From assembly GCA_040757555.1 (NCBI GenBank), contig JBFLWN010000006.1, positions 5,748-69,747 of the forward strand: DNA of 64,000 bases, written 5' to 3'. The DNA is from Patescibacteria group bacterium (GTDB taxonomy: Bacteria > Patescibacteriota > Minisyncoccia > UBA6257 > GWB1-50-10). Both the position numbers and the translations under genes were made by a program. The notes beneath the pieces were generated by a model, which saw only the letters and a list, made by a program, of their open reading frames with translations, searched no databases and was not told where the DNA came from. Position 1 is the stretch's first letter. The number at the start of each line of letters is the position of its first letter. Positions 1-9,805 of this stretch are shown piece after piece.

Positions 1-73
1 TACACGCACCCGAAGCGTGCGTACTACCGTCATACGCCAGCCCGAAATTCCTCTGTAAATCTAAGTCATAGAA

Positions 74-481
74 TTACAATAAATGATCTTGGTCTTTATT
101 GCGAGTTCCATACAATTCTTTTGATTTCTGACCAATCACAAAAACCGAAAGCACTGCGATATATACTGCCGTCACATCAGGAGTAACTCGATATTCACCT
201 TTTGTGATAAAAGAGGAAATAAAAAATGCCAACATGAGCAATGAAAATGTTACTACAAACATTTCCCCCCTTCTTTTTCCTGGGTGTTTATCGTGCCAGC
301 GATCAAACTCCTTGCTTCCCACAAATATTCCGAGCGATGCGATATAGACGGTTCCAAGAGGACCAATAACATATTCATATGGGGTCTCACCAAAAAAATT
401 GATTGCCGCGACAATGAAATATAAAATCCCCCAAAAGGAAGAGAAAAATCTCCAAAATTTTTTTTCCATTATTTCTTTCAT
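74..481 (-). CDS. hypothetical small integral membrane protein (3-4 predicted TM helices)
   Basis: 135-aa ORF with hydrophobic segments FWGILYFIVAAINFF, VIGPLGTVYIASLGIFVG and VVTFSLLMLAFFISSFI. Its stop is tightly coupled (1-nt gap) to the downstream cca gene on the same strand. Confidence 0.4.
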   Translation of the reverse strand: MKEIMEKKFWRFFSSFWGILYFIVAAINFFGETPYEYVIGPLGTVYIASLGIFVGSKEFDRWHDKHPGKRRGEMFVVTFSLLMLAFFISSFITKGEYRVTPDVTAVYIAVLSVFVIGQKSKELYGTRNKDQDHLL

Positions 482-482
482 C

Positions 483-1964
483 TTATTTCACAAAATAACG
501 TTTTTTCATATCGTTTTCAACCCCCTCTTCAATCAAGTCTTTCTTTTTTCGCCCTTCATCGGCAAGTTTTTTTAATTCGAGTGGAGAAAGCGCGCCAAAT
601 TCTCTCACTTTTTCTTCAAGATATTCTTTATTATTTTTTGACGGATCATCAAGCACCTCCTCAAGAAGCACAAATAAAATATCTCCCACGCGCGGCCCAG
701 CGGGAATATTTAATAACCGCATTATTTCATCTCCTTTCACGGCGAGCATTTTCGGATGTACCGGATCGTGACGCACCTTATCAATCATAAAAAGAAGGTG
801 GCGAAGTTTGTACGGAAACGCCTTTGGCACTTTTGAACCAACACGATCAGCTTCGCGCACGTTCAATATATCATCGATGTTTTCAACCCCAACACGCGCG
901 ATAAATCTTCGTACTCCCGCCTCACTTACCTCTCCCACGTTGTAATAGAACATGTGGTAACGAATGAGGTGACGAACTCTCTGTACCACATCACGTGGAA
1001 ACCTCAACCGATCAAGGGCGTCTTTTGCAATCCGCGCACCAACCATTTCATGGTTATAGAACGTTGCATTCTCCCCGGTTCCGTTTTTTGTCCGTGGTTT
1101 TCCCACATCGTGCAATAGGGCCGCCAAGCGCACTTCAAATGAATAATTTTTCTCTGTTGCGTATTCGAGTGCGCGCACATTATGTTCAAACACGGTATAT
1201 ACATGATGTTTATTTTGCGTACACCCAACTCCCTCCAAAAGTTCAGGAATGATGTATTCCAATAAGCCAAGTTCTTGGAGAGTAAATGCTCCTTCGGCTG
1301 AACGCGAGGTCATAATAAGCTTCTGAAATTCATCGCGAATCCGTTCCTCAGCAATATGTTTCAAAAGTACAATATTTTTCTTTATTGCTTTTTGCGTTTC
1401 TTTTTCTATTTCGAATCCGAGTTGTGCCGAAAATCGTACCGCGCGCAACATACGAAGCGCATCTTCTTGAAATCGTTTTTCGGCATCCCCCACTGTGCGG
1501 ATAATTTTATTCTTCAAATCTTTTTGTCCGCTATACGGATCAACAATATCATTTTTGAGATTTGAAATTTTATTTTTTAGATTTATTGCCATCGCATTCA
1601 CCGTGAAGTCTCTTCGCGATAAATCCTCTTCAATTGTTTTTGCAAATTTCACTTCATCCGGATGACGTTTATCCGAATATGTTCCCTCAATGCGAAACGT
1701 GGTGATTTCCACCACTTTAAGTGTCGGATCTTCGGATCGTGTTTTTACCCCCACCGTCCCAAACTCATTTTCATAGACACTTTCGGGAAATAGCTTTTGT
1801 ATTTTTTCCGGATGAGCATCTGTGGTGATGTCCCAATCTTTCGGTTTTTCCCCAATCAAAAGATCACGCACACACCCCCCTACGAGATATGCATCGTATC
1901 CACCCTTCACAAGTATTTCACCAATATTCTCTATTTCCTTTGGTACTGAAAATTCTTTCATCAC
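483..1964 (-). CDS. cca: CCA-adding tRNA nucleotidyltransferase (polyA-polymerase head plus HD domain)
   Basis: N-terminus GGYDAYLVGGCVRDLL...KDWDITT is the class II nucleotidyltransferase (PolA head) motif. The C-terminal half has the HD-domain motif LLHDVGK. Length is 493 aa. Confidence 0.85.
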   Translation of the reverse strand: MMKEFSVPKEIENIGEILVKGGYDAYLVGGCVRDLLIGEKPKDWDITTDAHPEKIQKLFPESVYENEFGTVGVKTRSEDPTLKVVEITTFRIEGTYSDKRHPDEVKFAKTIEEDLSRRDFTVNAMAINLKNKISNLKNDIVDPYSGQKDLKNKIIRTVGDAEKRFQEDALRMLRAVRFSAQLGFEIEKETQKAIKKNIVLLKHIAEERIRDEFQKLIMTSRSAEGAFTLQELGLLEYIIPELLEGVGCTQNKHHVYTVFEHNVRALEYATEKNYSFEVRLAALLHDVGKPRTKNGTGENATFYNHEMVGARIAKDALDRLRFPRDVVQRVRHLIRYHMFYYNVGEVSEAGVRRFIARVGVENIDDILNVREADRVGSKVPKAFPYKLRHLLFMIDKVRHDPVHPKMLAVKGDEIMRLLNIPAGPRVGDILFVLLEEVLDDPSKNNKEYLEEKVREFGALSPLELKKLADEGRKKKDLIEEGVENDMKKRYFVK

Positions 1965-2058
1965 CTATTCATTCTACGGCAATCTTCCTAAAATTGACAA
2001 ATAAATTAAAAGAATTTACGTTATAGGAAGTAAAAAATTAACAATCAAAGGAAGAGAC

Positions 2059-2442
2059 ATGAAAAGAAAAATCAGTAGTGGGTTGTACGAAACAGGAAGT
2101 CATTATCTTACCAATCTTTGTGAACTCATCCGTGATTATCGTAACGGAAAAGAAATAGAAGACTCGTTAAAATATGTAGAAAAATATAGAGAAGCACTGC
2201 GCAAGTTTAAAAAAGAGCTTATTTTAAAAGATCCTGAAATGAATTTTCTTGTATTATGTGCGGATGAATTTATTGCACTCACCACAAAACAGGGTAATAA
2301 AAGACTAATTTTCAAAGATTATGATACGTTTAAAAAAGCGGATCAGAAAAACCCAAATCCAATGTGGCGATATATACAGGAGTATACATTCAAAGTAAAA
2401 AGTAATTACGACTTTAAACCACACATTGCATGGATGGCGTAA
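2059..2442 (+). CDS. hypothetical protein
   Basis: 127-aa ORF with no recognisable motif. A GC hairpin plus T-tract terminator (ccggctccacatgaacgccggttttt, ~2466-2492) follows it. Confidence 0.35.
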   Translation: MKRKISSGLYETGSHYLTNLCELIRDYRNGKEIEDSLKYVEKYREALRKFKKELILKDPEMNFLVLCADEFIALTTKQGNKRLIFKDYDTFKKADQKNPNPMWRYIQEYTFKVKSNYDFKPHIAWMA

Positions 2443-2538
2443 TAGAATTTAATTTAAAAACATACCGGCTCCACATGAACGCCGGTTTTTGTTTGTCATT
2501 TGATAATTAAGCACAAATCACATTAGAATGAATGTGTG

Positions 2539-2613
2539 GCGCCCGTGGTGAAACGGATATCACGACGGTCTTCGAAACCGTTATTGGGGGTTCGAATCCC
2601 TCCGGGCGCACCA
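2539..2613 (+). tRNA. tRNA-Arg (anticodon TCG), CCA encoded
   Basis: Hand-folded cloverleaf. Acceptor GCGCCCG/CGGGCGC; D-stem GTGA/TCAC; anticodon stem ACGGT/ACCGT with loop CTTCGAA (U33, anticodon TCG, A37); T-arm GGGGG-TTCGAAT-CCCTC; discriminator A then CCA. Confidence 0.8.
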
Positions 2614-2620
2614 TAAAAAT

Positions 2621-3490
2621 ATGGAAGGAATTTTATTCGCGGTTGGGGCATTATTATCTTGGACATTTGGTGATTTTTTAATACAACGAACAGTAAGAAA
2701 AGTGGGAAGTTGGAAAGCACTTATGTTTATTGGTATTACCGCACTTTTTTTATTGTTTCCGTTTGTATATAAAGAAATCCCATTGCTTTTTAGTTCAATA
2801 AAACATCTCGCAATACTAACACTTGGAAGTGTTGTGATGTTTGCGGCAGCACTCTTTGATTTTGAAGCACTAAAAAGAGGAAAATTTTGCATTATAGAAC
2901 CCCTCTATGGAATTGAGGTGCCAATCTCAATTGGGTTGAGTATAGGACTATGGGGAGAAAGTCTTTCAACGCTACAAATGATTCTCATTGGTATTCTTTT
3001 TTTGGGAATCGTACTTGCGGTTACCACACATCATACCCATCTCCATTATCACAAACGTATATTTGAGCGTGGAGTTGTTCTCGCGCTCATAGGAGCGGTG
3101 GGTATGGGGCTTGGAAATTTTCTCGTCGGAGTCTCGAGTCAAACAACATCCCCCCTCCTTTCAATTTGGTTTATTCATGGGTTCTTAAGTATTTTGTGTC
3201 TATCTTATCTTCTCATGAGGAAACAACTTAAAGGAACTGTGAGAGAAATAAAAAATAATTTTGGTATTATTGCGGGACAAAGTATCCTCGATAATGTGGC
3301 GTGGATATGTTTTGCGTTTGCGACAACCATGATCCCAATATCAATCGCAACAGGAATCACAGAAAGCTACATTGCACTTGGGGCATTACTTGGGGTATTT
3401 ATTAATAAAGAAAAAATACGCTGGCATCAATATGTTGGTGTCGCGATCACGTGTATTGCGGTTGTATTTCTTGCAACAATAAGCGAGTAA
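2621..3490 (+). CDS. EamA/DMT-family (drug/metabolite transporter) membrane protein
   Basis: 289 aa with ~10 TM segments in a duplicated 5+5 arrangement typical of EamA-domain transporters. It starts 8 nt after tRNA-Arg. A terminator hairpin ccgctctacggcgg plus T-tract lies at ~3541-3565. Confidence 0.65.
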   Translation: MEGILFAVGALLSWTFGDFLIQRTVRKVGSWKALMFIGITALFLLFPFVYKEIPLLFSSIKHLAILTLGSVVMFAAALFDFEALKRGKFCIIEPLYGIEVPISIGLSIGLWGESLSTLQMILIGILFLGIVLAVTTHHTHLHYHKRIFERGVVLALIGAVGMGLGNFLVGVSSQTTSPLLSIWFIHGFLSILCLSYLLMRKQLKGTVREIKNNFGIIAGQSILDNVAWICFAFATTMIPISIATGITESYIALGALLGVFINKEKIRWHQYVGVAITCIAVVFLATISE

Positions 3491-3565
3491 ATGTTTGTTC
3501 TTTAATTTGAAATTAGAAATTCTAAATTGAAAATTCAAAACCGCTCTACGGCGGTTTTGTTGTTG

Positions 3566-3638
3566 TGCCCCCAGTAGGATTCGAACCTACGACCATTTGC
3601 TTAAGAGGCAACTGCTCTACCAACTGAGCTATAGGGGC
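3566..3638 (-). tRNA. tRNA-Lys (anticodon CTT)
   Basis: Read on the minus strand. Acceptor GCCCCTA/TGGGGGC (one G-U pair); D-arm GCTC-AGTTGGTA-GAGC; anticodon loop CTCTTAA (anticodon CTT); T-arm GTAGG-TTCGAAT-CCTAC; discriminator A. CCA is not encoded. Confidence 0.8.
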
Positions 3639-3679
3639 CAGCAGAAATATAGTACTAATTCTGTCCTCTTTTTGCAATT

Positions 3680-4426
3680 TTATTTTGATTTTTTTGTAAA
3701 ATCCAACACTATATTCATTATTTTTACATTCAACTCAATCCTTTTGGAAAACAGTTGCGCTTCCGGTGTTTCGGTACACATTGAATAAGGGACGCCATCT
3801 CGAAACATCCTATCCTCAAATGATCCGTCTTGGTGGTTGGTGATGAGTCCACCACTTAAAAGAACTCCGTAAATATACTTTTCTGTTTCAATTGGAAAAT
3901 ATTTTTTCGCAGACACAATAATGTCGCGATAAATTTTTTCAGTTTTTTTCTCAAAGTTATAGAGATAGAATTTTTTAAATCCCTTATTCTCATGAAGTGC
4001 GTGAAAGAAAAAAATATTTTCATCTTTTATGGTGTTGTGAAGTATCTTGTTCTCTCCTAATAAAATTCTCCTGCAAAAACAATTATTTAGATCTAGATTC
4101 AAAAAGTTATGACGCACCCCCTTATCAAACCCATATGGATTCGTCACAGGAAATAAAACGATTTTTATATCTTTATATTTCTTTGGATTATAATGTTTTA
4201 TAAACTCGAGTATTGCCCATGGACCCGCGGGCTCTTCTCCGTGAATTCCGCCAGAAAAACACACAACTTTCTTTCCGTGTCCCAGGATAATTTTAAACAT
4301 TGGATACTCTTTCTTTTTTCCAACATCACCAATTTTCTGTAATTTTATTCCTCGTCCCCTACAAATTTTTCTCAGTTCCGAAATGTATTTCTTATACATA
4401 ATTAAATTAATAATAACAATCCGCAC
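3680..4426 (-). CDS. M14-family zinc carboxypeptidase / succinylglutamate desuccinylase-aspartoacylase (AstE/AspA) family protein
   Basis: Motif FSGGIHGEEPAG matches the HxxE zinc-binding signature of AstE/AspA-type M14 enzymes. The 248-aa size is consistent. Confidence 0.5.
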   Translation of the reverse strand: MRIVIINLIMYKKYISELRKICRGRGIKLQKIGDVGKKKEYPMFKIILGHGKKVVCFSGGIHGEEPAGPWAILEFIKHYNPKKYKDIKIVLFPVTNPYGFDKGVRHNFLNLDLNNCFCRRILLGENKILHNTIKDENIFFFHALHENKGFKKFYLYNFEKKTEKIYRDIIVSAKKYFPIETEKYIYGVLLSGGLITNHQDGSFEDRMFRDGVPYSMCTETPEAQLFSKRIELNVKIMNIVLDFTKKSK

Positions 4427-4439
4427 ATTGTGCGGATTG

Positions 4440-5072
4440 TTAATTTAAACTCCTGAATGGAAAACAATAATGCTGAATACCTCTTTCCCCTAATTGTATT
4501 TGGGAACATCGTATGTTTATATCAAACTCATTTTTTAACTCTAATTTTGAATTATAAACCTCAAATCCATATTTAAGATTAACCTGAAGTTCGTTTCCTT
4601 TTTCCTCTGCATTTATTTTAGATACATCTGTACCATACAATAAACCCGTTTCCCCATTAGCCGGAACGAGGGTCGGAAGATTTGGGACGTCGTTTTTCGG
4701 TGTAAACATTGTAGTTGATGCCTGATCTTTAATATAAATATTTTTTATATACCCAGCGTCTTTTCCTGTATTTTTAAAGCGCATCACTAAAATCGCCTCC
4801 CCTGGCATAATATTAACGGCATTGGTTTGTAATTTTTCCCCATCTTTCCAACTCGTCCTTTTAATCGGGGTTCCATTTTTATCTATGAGTTCTAATTCAA
4901 TATCGCTAAGAGATATATTTGGCCCAATATCTATTGCTTTTAATTCTTTCGTTTCTAATACCTGTAAATATGTCATAACCGCTAAAATAATCGTTGCTAG
5001 CGCCATAATAGGAGTAGAAGCTTCTTTTATTTTATTAAATATTGTATTCTTTTCTTCCATGTGAATGTACAC
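4440..5072 (-). CDS. hypothetical membrane-anchored protein (N-terminal TM, extracytoplasmic beta-rich domain)
   Basis: 210 aa with a single N-terminal hydrophobic helix (IMALATIILAVMTYL) and no catalytic motif. Hairpin aatccgcacattgtgcggatt (4418-4440) lies right after its stop. Confidence 0.35.
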   Translation of the reverse strand: MYIHMEEKNTIFNKIKEASTPIMALATIILAVMTYLQVLETKELKAIDIGPNISLSDIELELIDKNGTPIKRTSWKDGEKLQTNAVNIMPGEAILVMRFKNTGKDAGYIKNIYIKDQASTTMFTPKNDVPNLPTLVPANGETGLLYGTDVSKINAEEKGNELQVNLKYGFEVYNSKLELKNEFDINIRCSQIQLGERGIQHYCFPFRSLN

Positions 5073-7265
5073 ATCATAGTAGAAAAATCATCAAAAATCG
5101 AGTATAATATGGCGGAAAATATGTCTCATATCGAATTATCATCCCCCCTCTCTTTGATTCATGGTATTGGACCACGATTTGTCCAAAAACTAAATAAACT
5201 GCACATCGAAACGGTAAAAGATTTATTGTGGCACTTCCCAACGCGATATGAAGACTTTTCGAATATCACAAAAATTTCCGATCTTATTCCTCGCGAAGAG
5301 TGCACTATTCAGGCACTCGTGAAAAAAATAAATGTGCGTCGTGCATGGCACAAGCGCATGTTTATTATTGAAGCAAAACTCGAAGACGAAACAGGAGAAA
5401 TACGCGCAGTGTGGTTCAATCAAACCTACATCAAAAATATTCTTCAACCCGGGAAAACAGCAAATTTTTCCGGAAAAGTAAGTGAATCGCGTGAGGGAGA
5501 GTTATATTTTTCGAATCCCGGATATGAGGTAATAACGTTTCAAGAAAAAGAAACAAAACACACGGGGCGCATTGTGCCGATTTATCCGGAAACAAAAGGA
5601 CTCACCTCAAAAGGTATCCGTTATCTCATCCAACCGCTATTAAAAGTAATTGAAAAACCAAAAGAATCACTTCCACAAAAAATCGTAAAACAATATAATC
5701 TCCTCCCCCTTTCCGAGGCACTCCATATTATTCACTTCCCCGAAACACTCGACGATGCAATGGAAGCCCGCAGACGATTTAATTTTGAAGAATTATTTCT
5801 CCTTCAACTTCATCTCCTTGGTGAACGTGCAAGACTCACAAAAGAAAAAGCACCCGCGCTCGATATCGATGTTTCGATGATAAAAGCATTTTTGGAAACA
5901 CTTCCTTTTGAACTCACCGCATCACAAAAACAAACGCTTTGGGAAATCGTACAGGATTTAAATAAACCCACCCCAATGAATCGCCTCCTCCAGGGAGATG
6001 TGGGTTCGGGAAAAACAATCATCGCAGCGCTTGCGGCAATATGCACCGCACACAAAGGATATCAAACCGCACTTATGGCACCAACCGAAATACTCGCACG
6101 ACAGCACTATCAGACCATCATTAAATTCTTTCCTGATCATGAGGAGGGCGTTGCACTCCTTACCGGGAGTGAATCAAAGTTGTCATATGGACACGGGCTT
6201 GAAACCGATTTGAAAAAACCATCACTCATAAAAGAGATTGAAAGTGGAAAAATACATATAGTGATTGGCACCCATGCACTTATCGCAACCTCAAAGACAA
6301 AAAAAGAAAGAAAGATCACATTTCCCTCGCTTGGTCTTGTTATTGTTGATGAGCAACACCGATTTGGTGTGCGTCAGCGCGCTGAACTTACCAAGCGAAA
6401 AGAATATATCCCCCATTTCTTAAGTATGTCTGCAACTCCGATTCCACGAACACTTTCACTCACCCTTTTTAGCGACCTTGACCTCTCACTTATCACCGAG
6501 CTTCCGAAAAACAGGAAAGTAATTATTACGAGTGCGGTGCCGCCCGAAGAACGCACAAAATCATATGCGTTTATTCGAAGTGAAATAAAAAAAGGAAGGC
6601 AAGCATTTGTAGTGTGCCCAAGAATCCAACCCACAACCGACGAGGGTGGGCTTTCATTGAAAGAGCTCCAAATGCTTCAGGTAAAATCGGTAACGGAGGA
6701 ATATGAAAAGCTTTCAAAAAAAATATTTCCGGATTTACGCGTTGCCATGCTCCACGGAAAAATGTCGGGAGAAGAAAAAGCGAAAATAATGAATTCGTTT
6801 ATAAAAAATGAAACAAATATTCTTATTTCAACGTCCGTGATTGAGGTGGGTGTCGATGTGCCAAATGCCTCCATTATGATGATCGAGGGGTCGGAACGAT
6901 TTGGTCTTGCGCAACTCTATCAATTTAAAGGACGCGTCGGACGCGGAGAACATCAATCATATTGTTTTCTATTTACCGACTCGTCTTCTGAAGAAGTAAA
7001 AAAACGCCTCACCTCAATTGTCGAAGCAAAAAATGGACTTGAGCTCGCCGAAAAAGATTTGAAGTTCCGTGGCCCTGGAGAATTTTTGGGAGAAGGACAA
7101 ACAGGGATGCCCGACCTTGCAATGAAGGCACTGCAAAATCCACAACTCATGAAAGATGCGCGAAAGTCAGCGGAAGAGATTATAAAAAAAGATCCAGAAC
7201 TTTCTCTATATCCGGATTTAAAAAGTGCGGTAAAAATATTTACCTCACAAATACACAGAGAATAA
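5061..7265 (+). CDS. recG: ATP-dependent DNA helicase RecG (likely true start near 5109, MAENMSH...)
   Basis: Wedge/OB N-terminal region; Walker A GDVGSGKT; DEQHRFGV (DExH) motif; helicase C-terminal motifs (QFKGRVGRG). 734 aa. Confidence 0.9.
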   Translation: MNVHIIVEKSSKIEYNMAENMSHIELSSPLSLIHGIGPRFVQKLNKLHIETVKDLLWHFPTRYEDFSNITKISDLIPREECTIQALVKKINVRRAWHKRMFIIEAKLEDETGEIRAVWFNQTYIKNILQPGKTANFSGKVSESREGELYFSNPGYEVITFQEKETKHTGRIVPIYPETKGLTSKGIRYLIQPLLKVIEKPKESLPQKIVKQYNLLPLSEALHIIHFPETLDDAMEARRRFNFEELFLLQLHLLGERARLTKEKAPALDIDVSMIKAFLETLPFELTASQKQTLWEIVQDLNKPTPMNRLLQGDVGSGKTIIAALAAICTAHKGYQTALMAPTEILARQHYQTIIKFFPDHEEGVALLTGSESKLSYGHGLETDLKKPSLIKEIESGKIHIVIGTHALIATSKTKKERKITFPSLGLVIVDEQHRFGVRQRAELTKRKEYIPHFLSMSATPIPRTLSLTLFSDLDLSLITELPKNRKVIITSAVPPEERTKSYAFIRSEIKKGRQAFVVCPRIQPTTDEGGLSLKELQMLQVKSVTEEYEKLSKKIFPDLRVAMLHGKMSGEEKAKIMNSFIKNETNILISTSVIEVGVDVPNASIMMIEGSERFGLAQLYQFKGRVGRGEHQSYCFLFTDSSSEEVKKRLTSIVEAKNGLELAEKDLKFRGPGEFLGEGQTGMPDLAMKALQNPQLMKDARKSAEEIIKKDPELSLYPDLKSAVKIFTSQIHRE

Positions 7266-7314
7266 TAAACCCTTTATTTTTTAATAGAATACCGTACACT
7301 AATAACTGAATCAA

Positions 7315-7385
7315 CGGGCTGTCGTATACCGGTAGTACGCTTGCTTTGGGAGCAAGTAGACTGGGTTCAATTCCCAGCAGCCCGA
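7315..7385 (+). tRNA. tRNA-Pro (anticodon TGG)
   Basis: Acceptor CGGGCTG/CAGCCCG; D-arm GTAT-ACCGGTA-GTAC; anticodon stem CTTGC/GCAAG with loop TTTGGGA (anticodon TGG); T-arm CTGGG-TTCAATT-CCCAG; discriminator A. No CCA. Confidence 0.8.
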
Positions 7386-7392
7386 CAAAAAA

Positions 7393-8472
7393 ATGATCTT
7401 TATATTCAAAGATAATCCAGAGCGGATAAAGAATATAGAATTAAAAGAAAGTAAATTTAAACAGAAACTTCACTCGCATGTTCCTGATTTTTGTTTTGGT
7501 ACAAAATACCTAAAAAGAAAAAAAAGGGGGGAGGATCCGCTTGAATTTTTAAAAAGATATTCACGCCATTGGTTTTCCAATCTTGGGCGACATATCACGG
7601 CGCCGCTCGAAAAAGTAAAAATAGAGTGGAAAAGAAAATATATGATTTTCCCCTCGGTGATGAATGAGAAAGAGAGGGTGTTTTGTAAATACTCAATACA
7701 AAAAAGTGGCCCAGGAAAAAAAGTCGCACTTATTACGGTCATGCACTGGAACGGTATTCCGAAAGAATATGACGCACTCATTTCATTCGTGAGGAATCGA
7801 CTCTTGCCGTTAAGCACATTCTTGTTTATCCCCTCAAATCGCAAGGCCTCGTGGGGAATTAAAAAATCAATGGACTATGAAAGTGTGGGTCCAGATATTG
7901 GACATATGGTTTCGCGTTTCCAAAAAAATGTTTTCGACATACAACGTCTTGCGTGGATTTTAAAAAACGAACTTGGGTTTGATGAGGTGGGAATATTTTC
8001 TTTCAGTATGGGGACGTGTTATTCGTCTGTTGCGACAATGGGAAATCCATCGCTCTTTGATTTTGCGATTTTTCATCTTCTCGCGGATGATTTTCATAAA
8101 GCACTTATGAGCGGGGTTGGCACAACAAGAATAGCTGAAAAAATAAAGGGAAATGTGAAAGAAGAAGACCTCCATGAAATTTTAAAAATACTTTCCCCTG
8201 GAGCGTATGAGAAAAAACTAAAAAATCTCCCAAAACACACACGAATTGTCCAGGCAAAATATGATCACGTATTTTGTCCCGAAAACGTTACTACAATAAA
8301 CAAAAAAATACGGGCAGTTCGCCACGATATCGAAGTAGATATGGAACCATTGGGACACAACTGTCTTAATTCATTCCCATTGGGACTCAAGGTGCTCTAT
8401 AACGACATAAAATTCATTTATAAATACACTGGGATGAAAAAACATCCATTTCGCAAATTTTTCATCTCCTAA
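7393..8472 (+). CDS. alpha/beta-hydrolase-fold protein (putative esterase/lipase-like), function unknown
   Basis: Nucleophile-elbow-like FSFSMGT (small-x-Ser-x-small), followed in order by candidate acid (KYDHVF) and His (EPLGHNC) residues. The Ser-Asp-His order matches alpha/beta hydrolases. 359 aa. Confidence 0.4.
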   Translation: MIFIFKDNPERIKNIELKESKFKQKLHSHVPDFCFGTKYLKRKKRGEDPLEFLKRYSRHWFSNLGRHITAPLEKVKIEWKRKYMIFPSVMNEKERVFCKYSIQKSGPGKKVALITVMHWNGIPKEYDALISFVRNRLLPLSTFLFIPSNRKASWGIKKSMDYESVGPDIGHMVSRFQKNVFDIQRLAWILKNELGFDEVGIFSFSMGTCYSSVATMGNPSLFDFAIFHLLADDFHKALMSGVGTTRIAEKIKGNVKEEDLHEILKILSPGAYEKKLKNLPKHTRIVQAKYDHVFCPENVTTINKKIRAVRHDIEVDMEPLGHNCLNSFPLGLKVLYNDIKFIYKYTGMKKHPFRKFFIS

Positions 8473-8934
8473 TTATTTCTCAGGGGGTAGTCCGTTTGTC
8501 GCAAGTGAACGGTTGGAATATCGATCATCGTCCGTCACCTCAACCGCATTATTCGCCCATTCCGGCAACACGAATTGTTTTGCGTCTTCCTCATCTATAA
8601 ATTCACACTCAAGAATCATAAGTGGTGCAAGTGATCCTTTGTATATATCAAATTCAATTGAGTGATTATGATACGGAATTATATATCGATCCTTTTCTAA
8701 TTTTTTCTTCTCTATCCCCGACCATATCTTCTGAAATACCCACTCGGGAATTTCAACTTCCCATTCTTTTCTCACGAGCCCCCGACCTTCTTTTACTGTC
8801 ATAAAATATTTCTCCCCCTTTCTCCGTACACGAATTTTTTTTCCATACCCCTGTGCAATATGGAAAATTTCCTTTCCAAGAAGTATTTCTTCGGGAATTG
8901 GAGAAGTAATTTTAAATCTTCTTTCTATTTCCAT
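8473..8934 (-). CDS. CYTH-domain protein (CyaB/thiamine-triphosphatase-like triphosphate tunnel enzyme)
   Basis: N-terminus MEIERRFKI resembles the CYTH family N-terminal ExExK-type motif (MEIERKFLV in family members), and the 153-aa size fits. Assignment is by motif memory only. Confidence 0.45.
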   Translation of the reverse strand: MEIERRFKITSPIPEEILLGKEIFHIAQGYGKKIRVRRKGEKYFMTVKEGRGLVRKEWEVEIPEWVFQKIWSGIEKKKLEKDRYIIPYHNHSIEFDIYKGSLAPLMILECEFIDEEDAKQFVLPEWANNAVEVTDDDRYSNRSLATNGLPPEK

Positions 8935-8977
8935 ATGTATACATTATATATAAAAATCCCCCGATGTGTGTCGGGGG

Positions 8978-9586
8978 TTATAATGATTCATCAAACATCC
9001 TCATCTTCTCCAAAAACTGTCTATTTAAACCATTAATGATCGCGGTTTTTTCATTCACCGCACTTATACTCGACCGAACAATATTCTGATTCTGAATTGT
9101 GTTATCTAAAATAAGTGTCGTAAGATCACCCAAAAAATTATTTAATACTTGCGTATAAGAAATAAATTCACTCACCAAAGAAAGCTCCACCGCGACCGCC
9201 TCATAGGCAGTCCTCTGTTCCCCCGGAGAACGAATTTCTGAAAGTGATTCGGCGAGTGTCTTCAGATTTTGTGAAAGTTCAAATGCCTTTCCATATGCCG
9301 CCTCATTTGATGCGCGAGCGCTTTGGATGAGTGCCAGTGCTTCTTCATTTTTTCCTTTTATCTCCAATACATTAATTTTTGCTACCTTTTCATTTGTCTC
9401 ATTAGTAAGGCGAACAATATCTTCACTCACGAGTGACGCACTTTTGCGAGCTTCAATAAAACGCTCGGGTATTCCCCGTGAAGCGCGTAGCGAGGTAATA
9501 TAAATGATTCCCAACACAATAATAATAGCCCCGACGGAAACCCCGATTACCTGGATAAGCCTTTTTTGGTGATCCTCAAGCTTCAT
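8978..9586 (-). CDS. hypothetical membrane-anchored coiled-coil protein
   Basis: 202 aa with an N-terminal TM helix (VIGVSVGAIIIVLGIIYITSL) and the rest predicted helical. Hairpin tcccccgatgtgtgtcggggg (8953-8976) downstream of its stop acts as a terminator. Confidence 0.35.
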   Translation of the reverse strand: MKLEDHQKRLIQVIGVSVGAIIIVLGIIYITSLRASRGIPERFIEARKSASLVSEDIVRLTNETNEKVAKINVLEIKGKNEEALALIQSARASNEAAYGKAFELSQNLKTLAESLSEIRSPGEQRTAYEAVAVELSLVSEFISYTQVLNNFLGDLTTLILDNTIQNQNIVRSSISAVNEKTAIINGLNRQFLEKMRMFDESL

Positions 9587-9676
9587 ACGTGAAATACATC
9601 ATATCATAGGGTTTTGGGGTGCGCTACCCTCATATACTTGCGTGACATTCATTTTTTGTGCAAAATTGTAGGAGTG

Positions 9677-9750
9677 GCGGGATTCGTATAGTGGTTGTAC
9701 GTCACCCTTCCAAGGTGAAGGCACGGGTTCGATTCCCGTATTCCGCTCCA
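9677..9750 (+). tRNA. tRNA-Gly (anticodon TCC), CCA encoded
   Basis: Acceptor GCGGGAT/ATTCCGC; anticodon stem TCACC/GGTGA with loop CTTCCAA (anticodon TCC); T-arm ACGGG-TTCGATT-CCCGT; discriminator T then CCA. Confidence 0.85.
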
Positions 9751-9805
9751 GATTTGTAACGTTACAGTATTCTAGAAACAAAAGGGCTCGTCACTCGTTA
9801 TAGGT

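Noticed and set aside
3597-3788. 63-aa plus-strand ORF overlapping tRNA-Lys
   Set aside because: It is entirely explained by the minus-strand tRNA-Lys(CTT) plus AT-rich spacer. It has no RBS-like context and runs antisense to the tRNA.
5810-7150. Multiple 60-86-aa minus-strand ORFs inside recG
   Set aside because: They lie antisense within a strongly supported helicase gene. Their compositions are low-complexity Ser/Phe-rich and typical of noise.
9599-9781. 60-aa minus-strand ORF across tRNA-Gly
   Set aside because: It overlaps the well-folded tRNA-Gly(TCC) on the opposite strand, a typical spurious ORF in a tRNA region.
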